Origin: Lytechinus pictus
Lineage: Eukaryota
Length of the DNA stretch: 64,000 bases
Direction: 5' to 3'
Assembly (NCBI RefSeq): GCF_037042905.1
Contig: NC_087245.1
Span: 34,226,001-34,290,000 of the forward strand
Under the pieces are notes generated by a model, which worked only from the letters and a program-made list of their open reading frames with translations, searched no databases and was not told the DNA's origin. This document shows, piece after piece, positions 23,502-34,999 of the stretch (position 1 is the first letter of the stretch; every line of letters begins with the position of its first letter). The position numbers and the translations under genes were made by a program.

Positions 23502-26500
23502 TTAAGAATGTAATTGAATGTTCAGTTGCATTAAACCTCCTTGGTTGTATGAGATCGTTGGATAATGATGTAAATTTGATGTTGTTTCACGGGAAAAATT
23601 ACTCTCGCAGAGCTGGATAGAATTTCCAATGAAGATTTTTTTATAGTCGACTTGGTTGTAGAAGCTTCTCTTCAAACCTATGTCCAGAAGTATTGTCATT
23701 CCAGCCAGACCTGTAACATAAACAAGAAATTTATATTACAATATAGTTTGGTTCTGACTGTTTTGGCTTTTATCATATAAAACATGCACGATGTAGATCT
23801 AGAATGAAAAAAATAACACGCGATGAAATGTTATCACTTGATAATGATCATCCTGTTTGTTGGTGTTTATATTTATGACCTAGATCTATCAAAAGAAAAT
23901 ATCAAACAAATGTTGTTGCTAGTTTGATTATGATCATCGATGTTAGCCTCAGTATATACATTAATTGTCTAAAGTCCCTTTCATGTATCTCTGAGATTCA
24001 CGGCAACTTTACTCAAACCTATGTCTCCACCACTTTATCAAGTCAAAAGTGCATAGCTATGTGGTTTTGTTATAAAATGTCAAATCAAAATTACGAAATT
24101 TGACTAACAGCAATGTTAATAACGAATGGTTAGATTTAGACTTAAACCAGCAATTGGTTTGTATATATACAGAATTTGTCAAAAGAGTTCAAATGAAACA
24201 AAACTTACTGCAATGATTCAGACGAACGAGACGATGATCATGTGCATAAGTATTAATCATAATGGCTCAACGCAAAAACGAATGATCGTACGAGAGACTC
24301 GACGAATGAACGAGTGGCTGAACGTATACTTTCTGAATATATGTATTAACAGTTATTTTTTCGCTAGCTGAAAGTATAACGTCAGAAGGCAAAGAGCTGA
24401 ACGATTATAAATAACGCGCAACCTCTACCTTTTTTTAAACAGGTCTAACTATCACAGTCATGTTGAAATTAAGTCATCTTTGGATGAAACTGCATCAATC
24501 TTTCCGAGATTATATCTACCCCAGCAAGTTTTAGTCAGGCACCCATTGGGGCCCTAGTTGTAGGATTTTTTTTCTAACAAGCTGGAATTAAACTACGCCT
24601 CACAAATGAGCTCGATAAAATTCATATGTTTATCAAAATTATGAATCATATACTTTTCTCCCGGTAAAAACTCCTGAAGAACTTTTATCAATTTACATGA
24701 CTTTGCTAAGGTTGACGGGGAGATGAAATGATTAAAATAATGATTTTATTTGACCGTCCAAAAGCCTTCTGGCTAGTACTAAGCAGATATTTGTGTTATT
24801 CCATCCCCGAAACGTAAACATAAAATATCTTTATTTCATAATAATAAAATTGCTCAGTTATGATAATGGTTTCTAAGTGTGATATAATGTACATGTATGA
24901 ATTATGCACTATAACTAGATTATACACAAAATTATCTTTTTCATTTTAAAATGACCAACATTATTTTCGTTATTATAACCATCATCAACACCATGCGGTA
25001 AACATTTTGGGGATTACTTATTTACTTATGTTTTATCTAGATTTACTAACAGAATGAAAGTTATGCCTACGTCTATGCCATGTATTCTGCGACTGTTACC
25101 ATCTGTGCCTTTGTATGCCCCTATGGCCATTTCCCTTCTATAATCGACGATTCTTTGAGCACCAACCAAGTGTTAAGTATTTATTTTACGTATATAACAA
25201 AAATATAAAACAGGTTTTCAGTTTTGTCAACATTTTCTTCCATTTTCTTCCATGAGGTCCATATTGATAACGATTTCTAGATCTATTACTACATGTGCGT
25301 GGGACTGTTGTTATAACTTCTGTCGTACAAGAATTACGAGAATGGCATATAATAAATCTAAGCATATTAAGACGAGATCTACATTGAGGAAGAATTGTAA
25401 TTCAAAACTATTATTGTCCTTGTCCACATATTGACTTTGGATAGTTCTATTGCTTTTTGTCAGAATACCGACCATCTTAGACCTAAATATTTATGAACCA
25501 TCCGATCTTACTCACACTTGACTTACTATTGAGGATTACCATGGGGGAAAACCTCCACGGGGTTTAGAACTTTGTTATGGGACTGTGCACTGAACCATAC
25601 TATTTTCCTTATAAGTAAAGTAGAAATTCAAAAAAAGGGTGCGCATAATTGACATGGCATAATCAATTATTATACAAAATTACTTACTTATAGCATTTAT
25701 ATCCTCCCGCACTGTAAGGTGGATCGGGCAGCAAGCTGCCCAAAAATTAACCAAACAAAAATAAAAATAATAAAAGAGACAAAATCAATGTAATAAATCT
25801 CACCTGGTAAAGTTTCGTAACGGATACTCGTACTTGGGCAAACGTGATGTCTGTGTCTTTTGGATACCAAACCGATTAACGCCCGAATGACCGAATATCA
25901 TTCGTGCTTGCTACGATAATTTCACCTGCCAAATCTTGACATGGGAAAGCATTATTACCCAGGAGCGGCGCCGGGTTATAGGGGCAAGACGACATGGAGA
26001 TGACGTCGGTTTTCTCTTCAATTAAATGATAGTGTTCTAATGGAGTTAAATGACCCAACACGTTCCTTTAGTGTTTTTCTTTCATTATTCATTTTTGTAT
26101 TTTCTCCTCTTGTAATTTTCATTAAATACTTGAAAAAAGTATCACCGGAGGCCTCGCCCCCGCCCCCTCCCTGCGGCACCGCCCATGTAAGAAAGTACGC
26201 CGAATCCGAGTTAACGAACAATGCAACGAGGTTTGTCGGGGAAAAGCCTTACCACCTTTTTTTTCAAAAAAGTTGTAAAGCTTTCGGCACATAAACATTA
26301 AAAAATATTCAATTGAATTCGATTACCCGTAGGTGACAACACAGCAATCTTCTTGATATGACACAATAACATTTATGGAGATAGGCTAAGATCAAGCTTC
26401 GGTCAGGCTCCTATGGGGGGACTCTATCATTTTGCCTAATTAACTTACTCTACGAATCCTGGCAATAAAACCTAACCGTAACCCATATCCATAAATGCCA

Positions 26501-27210
26501 ATGTTTCATTAAGATCATTTAGTGATATTGCCGTATTGGTCTAGGGGTAAAATGGACTCACTCATACAGCAACGTTTGTTCAGTCTGGCATCTGTCCTCT
26601 CTCTCTGATTTCGTCATGCATCCACGTTCACAGCATGGACCCTACCATGTGAATTCACAGTATAACGATTTCAGCTCCAAACAAAAAGCTCCTTTCAGAT
26701 CCAGTGATAACGTATTTTTCCATAGCTCCACAAACATGTCAGTGTCCGCTCATATTCATGATATCATAAAATTCAAATTGATAAATCAAGGGGAGAACAA
26801 CCGTCCAGAGACCCATCAACAAACCTCCCGTTAGGTTCGGATTAGTCTCGGCGAAGCTCTGCCTTGAAAATGTTGTCTAGTCCGCACACGAAAAATATAT
26901 CTGTCCAAGAATATTGTACACCGATTCTGCGTCTGTTATTTCTAATAATATTCAACCGTATGAATATCAAGAGTGTGTCGCCAAGAATGTTACCAATGTT
27001 CTTATCTCTTCGTGTCCATAATATTAAAGTAAAAAATAGATGTCAGGCAGTAAGCCAGAACTTGACATTTTTGAGACATCAGGTCTTGTTGGATATAATT
27101 ATTTCTCAAGGTCAACATTGGAGGAGGATTGGCACCGTGGATGGAGTGAGGTCGACCATGGACAAATTGGAAATTCCATCTCTATGTCAATATTTCGAAA
27201 CAAGTTCCAA
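23502..27210 (-). pseudogene. Multi-exon pseudogene copy 3
   Basis: Paralog with the shared TAA (25876-25878). Reads GSLLPDPPYSAGGYKCY|KKIVWFSAQSHNKVLNPVEVFPHGNPQ*. Its 5' exon retains extra sequence at about 26626-26678. Confidence 0.6.
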
Positions 27211-27215
27211 CTGTG
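23620..27215. repeat. Tandem segmental duplication, unit 3 (partial; more diverged beyond about 26620)
   Basis: Collinear with 1-3230. Homology weakens after about 26620 and is lost after about 27215. Confidence 0.9.
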
Positions 27216-29299
27216 GAATAACAAAAACACAAAAAATAGATAACGAATACCAGTATATTAATGCCAATACAATAATGCTTCACAAACCATCACACCGAAG
27301 CTGGGGGAGGGGGACTTTAGCCCCTGTTCATGTGTATTTTAGTAAATTACAAATTTGGGGTAAATTGTAAAAAAAAGAACGGCTCTCCGGCTCGCATTAT
27401 TTGGTTGGTGAGATATCAATTCATTTAGTAAGTTACTTCAAAGAGGTCCCTTTTCTTGTTTTCAGGTCAGTTTACGAAATATTAGCTCGCGCTTCGTGCT
27501 GGCATTAATTGTTTAGTTAAATACCCATCTAGATCATGATCACAACAATTGTTCACAATGTTCTATTTTCGGGTCTTAACACATGAAATATCCAAAAAAA
27601 TGAGCTCGCACTCGCATTACAAATTTCTATGGGAGATACCTTTATTTGGTTTGTAATATTATGTTAAAACTTTAGTTAGCAACAAAAATATATATTCCGG
27701 TCTACTATTGGCAAAAGGTGGATACAATCTTGGAGTAATGGAACTGAACATAGGTATGGAATCACTGGCGTGCAGATGGAGGCTTGGGACGCTGAACCCC
27801 CAAAAATGAAAATAAAAATGAATAAATAAAGAAATGAAATGAAATATAATACAAAAAAATAGATATTAAAGTAGAATGAATATATAATTAAAGTCATGAA
27901 CAAAGAAAATAAAGAAAAGGAAAGGCAAGTGGGTGAAATATATTATTTTCTGAACATTATGTCAAAATTTATCACAAAACTTGTTTTTTGTATCTAAAAG
28001 ATCAAACAAATTTCTCGCTTGCTCGCAGCTTTCTAAAAATGTTGCCCTGTACGCATTTGCCTGGCAACTTCAAAATTTTGGCTCATTGCGCCAATGTACG
28101 GATGTGAACATAATTTTTTTATAATTCAGACCCCCCCCCCCCCATAAAAATATCGTGGCTATGGGCCTGTAGCGGAGATGTTACATAGATACCCCATGGT
28201 TCAAAGGAAATGTACACTCTAAAAACACTAAGTAAAAATTTACCCAATATTGGGTAGAAAGTGAACATGCATGTTAGCTGGGTAATTTTTTCCCCCATAT
28301 TGGACAAAAAGCGTGTTTTAAGGGTAAATTTCAACGCAATATTGCGTAAATTTACAAAATATTTGGTATCATTTTACCCAACAAACAAGCAATATTGGGT
28401 AAACTTTTTTTGAGAGTGAAGTTATTTGAGTTACTGATGAAATTAATCAAATCATTGCATTCACAATCTCCTGCATTTCTAAAATTCTATCCATTTTATA
28501 CTGTAAGCTGTAAACATATCAAAAATAAAATAGCATACCAATCTGATCAGTATGGTATTTCAAATGTGAATGAACTTTTGTTCATAAATTTGAATGAAAG
28601 GTCAGCTATAAAATGTGATCTTTTAGATTATTCAAACTGTTTCCTTCCTGCACCATTTTCCTCTTCATTTCTTTCACAGAAATCAATGTTAAATAAGTGG
28701 GTTTTTTCTTATTTCAAATAAATTTCTAATGTCAATAATTACACTGTCTCAGGTTTTGACTATCGACAGATATTAGAATTTGCGATCAAATGCGGCATTG
28801 CACGATACAAGTACAAGTAAAAATATCGGGTAAAAATGCTCCATGAGGGTAAGTACGTGTCCAATCAACATTGGGCATTTCTTTTCGGCATTTGTATTTA
28901 TTCAGTGTGATGGAAATTTTGCCCATTCTAAAGTAATTGCTGCTTATTTTTTAAACCTTATTGGACAATATGCTTCCCGCACTGGGTAAAATACTGCCCC
29001 ACATTGGATGGACACATAATTACCCTCGTGCTGGTTAAAATTTTACTCAATATTTTTTACAGCGTAGAATCATTTATAAACTTCGATAATTTTGCTGATT
29101 GATTAGCTTTCTGAAGCCGTGTTGTATTAAATGTATAGTAAAAATTCAATTTCACTTTGCCTTAGGATTTCTTTTCCGCTTTAAAACTATACCGTATTTT
29201 ATATACGAGCAAAGACAGCTAACGAGAAAAAAATAAACTCTTTTTGTGGTAATAGACATGTATTCAATTTCTTCGTACATCATGGCTCTGAGAAAAATC

Positions 29300-29697
29300 G
29301 GTAAATTGCCAATTCGTCTACTGCAAACTCGTCCCCTCACCACATGGTCTACTTTTATTTCGTCTAATGCCATTCCGTCTATCAACATTTCTTCTAACAA
29401 CCATTTGGTCCAATAACCATTTGGTCCAATCATCAGTTCGTCTAATCACCCTTTCGTCTCATAACCAGTTGGTCCAATATCCATTTAATTTTCATTCATT
29501 TTGCACAATTAACACTTAGTCCAATTAGACCAAATTATGGACTAAATGGCTATTGGACCAACTGGTTATCAGACGAAGTGGTGGGTGGACGAATTCGCAA
29601 TTAGACCAGGTGGATAGTGGACGAACTGATGGTAGACCAAATTATAGTAGACGAGTTGGCAATTGGACGAAGTGGCATTAGACGAATTGAAAATAAA
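29300..29697. mobile_element. Palindromic MITE with reiterated gtcta/tagac motifs
   Basis: The left half (aattcgtcta, ttggtccaat) is mirrored by the right half (attggaccaa, tagacgaatt). Related fragments at about 42960-43480. Confidence 0.6.
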
Positions 29698-30423
29698 GCG
29701 AACCATAATATGTCATTTGGCTTATCAAATCTAACACATTTCTTGACCACCCTGTATCCATATAGAATACGAGCAAGCGCAGCGAGCGAGGAAAACACAT
29801 GAAGCACCCTAAAATGAAAAAAAAAAATAAAACTTAGTCGACTTCAACTGGGCATGATACTGATCACCTCGCTCAACATGTTTAATGAAGCCATTTTGTA
29901 ACATCCTGTAGCTCATTACATATGAGCGAGCGCAGCGAGGAAAAAGTATGAAATGTTTAGCTGAGTATATTGATCTAATACTTTTTACTTGGAATTATTT
30001 GATTTACAACCGTTTAGAATATTGCAGTGCGTACAAATTCCAATATTCGATTTGCGATAGACCGTTGTTCTACTTCTTTTTTTTTTTCTTTTTTTTTTTG
30101 GGGGGGGGGTACTTGAAATACCGAAGCAGTAGATTGGGGGTAGAGTAGTAGGGACCCCGAGTAGTACGCCATAGTCACCTCTGACCAGTCAGTGTTTTTT
30201 TTTTCATTCTCATCTGCTCTTTATTATTTCTGAAGTGTCAGTTCATTATAGATAAGCGGCCTCTGATTTTTCTCTTTAATTTGTCGACATAACGTTTGCT
30301 CACAATATTATATCAAAAGAAGGACCAATCTCTGAAATTATGAAAGTATGTTTGTACATCATTTTGATTAGATATTGTTTCATTCACTAAATAGGCAACT
30401 GGATCGTTGAGCGTTGGCGTAGA

Positions 30424-30500
30424 TCACTGTGGCCAAGTGGATTTAGTCTCCGGACTTTGAAACAGAGGGTCGTGGGTTCGATTCCCAACCCAGCCTTGAA
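30424..30500 (+). mobile_element. tRNA-derived SINE head
   Basis: A box tggccaagtgg and B box ggttcgattcc. The segment acagagggtcgtgggttcga matches the SINE at 43064-43335. No acceptor stem. Confidence 0.7.
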
Positions 30501-31674
30501 ATACTCGTGGGCTGAAAAAAAGCTTCCCTGGCTGTTTAAAAGTGACTGAGTGGTTTGCATTTGAATTTTACTCACTTCATTCACTTGACATAAACATTTT
30601 GTTTTACAATATGTACAATGATAAAATAAAAAATATTTATAGCAGTATATCGCATAAATACAGTTCGCTTCCTCCATCTTCAGCGCATTGATTTCTTTGA
30701 AAGGTGAGTTTCACAATCCGTATTCCCATGAACAGACGTGTTTTTCACGACTGTTTCAGAAACGGATTTTGACTTCTCTCTTTTTTGTCACACCATGGGC
30801 ACTGACGAAGAGTGTGACTTTACCTTTAATCTTTGTATTGAGAGCCATTCTCCTTTTAAAATCTACGATTCTATTTCTACGGCATTTACTAAACTATTTG
30901 TGATCATTTTATTCCATATGCCGAAGCAGACTATTTGAAATTCACATAGTAAAAGTACAGCATAATGCAATATAATGAAACATATACATGTTTATCTACT
31001 TATAAAATACAGATCAGAAATTAACTTGAATATATATAATTTATGATAGAGATATATCTTTCGTATACATCGGATTTTAAATAGCCTGAATGAAAGAAAG
31101 TATTTTAAAAAATGTGGTTGATGTTAGAAATCCCCTCTCATATTTATAATGGATTTGATGATCGTACAGAAATTATCAACTGTGTTTTCATTTTAAGGTT
31201 TCATTATGTATTTAAATTTATCTTCATCGCTAAGATCTTTAAACTGCTCAAATATTTCAGATTTCTATTTAAAAAATAGACCCCTTTCAATTACATGTAC
31301 ATTACATTCCATTATCGTGTGATATTCATCCTCAACTCCCCCCCCCCCCCCGAACTACACCATTGCACGTTTTTAAATAAAATTGTATTTTTTGGACGTC
31401 TATGTCTTCCAGTTTCGATGGGTAAATTATGGGAACTTTATCTAAATCGACAGATGTTTTTCGTATTTTTTTTTCAATTTTTAACAGTTGATAGATATTC
31501 TCTGTTTGTATAATTATGCTTAAAAAGTTTATATGTTCTCAATTTATTTTGTTCAACATCATTTGCTCGATCGTTACGTATGTCCAATAAGAACTGGCGA
31601 TGGAAATTTGTGTTATCAATGGATACATTCAAACTTCTGCAAGCATTGCTAAGTGGTTGCTTATTTTGTTAATA

Positions 31675-32177
31675 GAGTACCGAAGTGATGACGTTTTAGA
31701 TAACATATTGAGCTAGACCCCACTGGAAATAAGCTTTCGAGCTTTCGTGGGTCAAAATATGCAAGCCTGATGTTTTTAATGCTACTGTATATATGTTAAG
31801 GTGACTTGCCAAATAAAATCAATCAATCAATATTCTGGTAAAGCATGATACCCCCCCCCCCCCCCACTTTAAAATTGTGTAAGAATCTGTCCATAGGGGC
31901 CTGAGATATGACCTCATGAATACCTAATTAGCCACATAGAAGTCAATGTATTATTGGCCTGGTTCCTAACATTTAGAACCAGGACAATAATTCATTGACT
32001 TCAATGGGACTATTCCAACTAATTATGTATTCATGATGTCATGTCTTGGGGCCCCATAGACCAATTCCCACCATATTTTGGTTGTGGGGAGGGGGTCATC
32101 ATGCTCTACCAAAATATGGTATAAAAAACGCTGAAATGCAAAAAGTGAAAATTGATGACGTCACACTTCGGTACTTT
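31675..32177. mobile_element. MITE with ~20-bp TIR
   Basis: agtaccgaagtgatgacg ... cgtcacacttcggtact inverted termini, plus internal inverted repeats. Confidence 0.6.
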
Positions 32178-34303
32178 TTTTTCCTAAGACCATGGACCTA
32201 AAAAGTCAGAGTAGTATGTCATTGCTAAGACATTTCTCAACCATTGGGCACTCTGAATTTCATTTCTGAAATATAACTTTGAATTACCATAAACAAGATT
32301 GAACAGGTGTGAAAGTTAGGATGGTGAGGGGCCGGGTAAGGGATTTAATTTTTTTTTAAGCTGAGTGGCATAATGACAGGTGGCACGTGCCGCATGAACA
32401 ATTGATTATCTTTCAATTGAAATAACGCGTATGGAAATGTACAAGTCTTTTTTTAATTAAGGCATACTTGCATGCGTAAATGCAAAATAATGTCGTTTCT
32501 GAAATAACTCTCTTGTTAATTCATAAAGTGATTGACAGCTATTTACATTAAAGAATGTGAGCTCTCGGGATCTGGCGAGAGAAAGGAGAGAGAGAGAAAG
32601 AGCGAGTGAAAAAAGGAAGTGGGTGATTTGACATGTCTTCCTCATGTTTTGGATTGAGCACAAATATTTCATTATTTCATCATTACAAAAACAGATCACC
32701 AATTCACGGTTTTTTAATGTAGGTAGGGGTTAACGATATGGCCATCAAGGCTATTTCTCACGTTTGTATTTGGCTACTGACAGGATGAAGAGACCCCCCC
32801 CCCCACCCGCAGTTCCATTGATGCTAATTTGAAAATTCAAGTATTTATTGTTTTGCCAGATGGCCCAACCCGAAAACGGTCAATATATAGTTAGAAATTT
32901 AATTTCACTCATTGTACGACATTTTAAACGATTATTTATATTTACCAAAATCATAAAACATAACATTCACCAGGTCCTTCCTAAAATTATATTGAAAAAA
33001 TCCCCAATTTCAATAAACATGGCCCCTATTTTACTTAATTTTATATTTTCAATACCAGATTCACCTAGATGTGTTCAAATGAAACAAATTGATAAAGTGC
33101 TATATGATAGCACATTACATTTCATTAAAGTTCATTCCAGTTTCATTATGGAGAATAGTAAAATAAATTCTGGGGTAAAAATTAGAGAATTTCGACAATT
33201 AAATATAATACGTTAAAAAAATAGTAAAAAGGGTGGTGTTGTTGTTTTAATTTTCGAACAGATGAAAAGAAATGCAATAATAAAAAAAGATAAAACAAGT
33301 AGTGAAACATAATACATAATACATAGATCTAGATATCAAATCGGAGGATACCCATAATTTCGCAATGCTGATTTAACGTGATTGACTTTAAACATTTCAA
33401 CAATATTTTATAATAATTATTTAACCTTTTTCATGTTTCAGAGTCAATCGGAAAGAATGAGTATTTTCTAATTTTTCAGAGACTCGAATTACACAAATAT
33501 TATTTTTCACGAGGGCGCTTGTTAAATCCCATATACATTACAGGAATACGACAACGGGCATTTTAAACCGTAGCCCCGGGTCATCGCCACGAAGTGGAGA
33601 ACACTTCGTATTCGGGCTGCCGCAGAAATAAGGCGTAACCCAGGTGGGCCCCGCCGCCTAGCATCGCGGCAGAGCCCACAGGTCTGGGTTAGCTGTACCG
33701 TAGCTGCGCACAAAATAAAAAGAAAATCTCTTAAACATAATTTTTAAAACAAAGAAATCTCTAGAAATTATGAAAGAATCATGTTGTTATACCAGGAGAA
33801 GCATTAAATTAAAATTATGACAAAATTAGTCTCGTGATCAAGCATAATCCATGCGAATATTTTAAGATCTACCTTGGATATCACTTTGCACATGAATAAT
33901 TCAGAATTCAATTGCATAGGCCTAGTACATTGTCATTTCATTAGATCTATAACTTCTAACTATTCGTGGAGCCCGTTTCACTGTCTTATTTTTCTTCTAA
34001 GGAAAAAAAAACATTTTGAAAAATTTAAATCTAGAATTAAGGAAGTAGTCTAGATCTAGTTACAAGTAATTATCATAAAATCATTTGGACGATATTTGTC
34101 CATGTAACATATAAAACATCCCCTCCCCCCCAAAAAAAAAGACTCGCCAGACGTTTCGCTACATCTAGTCATAAAACAGAAAGGGTGTCCCGAATCACGA
34201 GGACCATTAATCATGAGGTTCGTTGTTCATAATTAAAGAAAAAAGAACGTCTTATACATAATCCGCCATCAGGAGTAATTCTACGGTACGGGTAAAAACT
34301 CAC

Positions 34304-34620
34304 TTAGGATGTAGTTATACTGGAATATTTCTGGAGTGTCGGCATTCTCATAATTTCTCTCTTTGCAACATCATCTTCATGCTTCCATGATCGAAGCAAC
34401 ACGAATTCAGCACCAACACAAATGTCCATCGAAGATCCAGTAAAAAATATACTTCCAATAGCTCAACAAATATGTCTCTTGTCCGCTGATATCACAAAGA
34501 TCAAGTGTAAAACGACCGTCCAGAGACCCCATCTACAAACCTCCCGTGAGGTTCGGATAACGTCTCGGCGAAGCTCTGCCGTGAGAGTGGTGTCTATAGC
34601 TCGCACAGAAAAGTGAAGAG
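34304..34620 (-). pseudogene. Diverged relic (copy 4) of the 5' exon of the triplicated pseudogene
   Basis: 34502-34582 matches 2771-2850. The exon ends at a gtgagt donor (34298-34303), as in copies 1-3. Confidence 0.65.
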
Positions 34621-34999
34621 CTTTGTGTCAAAGAAACCTCCAAGATAAATCCAAGAAAACTCAAAGAAAACTGTTCTAAACACATCTCCGTATTCCTTCC
34701 TGTTAAAATCCAAAAATATGATGATTTGCCAACTGCCTTGAGAATAATTTCTGAGGTATAACTATAAATTGCGGAGCAACGATTTTGTTGGACGTGCTAG
34801 ATCTCTCCTCATCTCGGGGAAAAATTATTCCGATTGATTGATCACGTGATAGAAATATGACGTATGAATTTTGTAAACATTGATCACTCGGCGCCAATCT
34901 GCATGACAATTCCCCGATCGGCCGCTCAAAGTTGATTTTTGTTTCTTTCTTTGAAGGGGTAATCCTACGAGTCACTTCTTAGCTTTATTTTTATAGGCA

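Larger units (their letters stand above)
11057..23619. repeat. Tandem segmental duplication, unit 2 (12.56 kb, lengthened by TE insertions)
   Basis: Collinear with 1-11056 apart from a hAT-like MITE (16671-18163), a SINE fragment (about 18763-18938) and satellite length differences. Confidence 0.95.

Noticed and set aside
26780..27025. hAT dimerisation-domain resemblance (YGHEEIRTLV..., YPNL...LP) in the pseudogene 5' exon
   Set aside because: The spacing is wrong, the S-x-x-x-ER-x-FS motif is absent, and frameshifts are needed to see it.
26864..27370. 168-aa plus-strand ORF
   Set aside because: It is antisense to the pseudogene 5' region, has no recognisable motif and is not preserved in the paralogs.
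30424..30500. tRNA gene
   Set aside because: A and B boxes are present but there is no cloverleaf acceptor stem, and it matches the SINE head at 43.3 kb.
33530..33712. Telomerase RNA, RNase MRP, U17 or HDV/twister ribozyme
   Set aside because: Only partial motifs are present (CUAACCC, GGGGCU, GUAUUCCUG, GGCGAU). The partner motifs and pseudoknots could not be found by eye.
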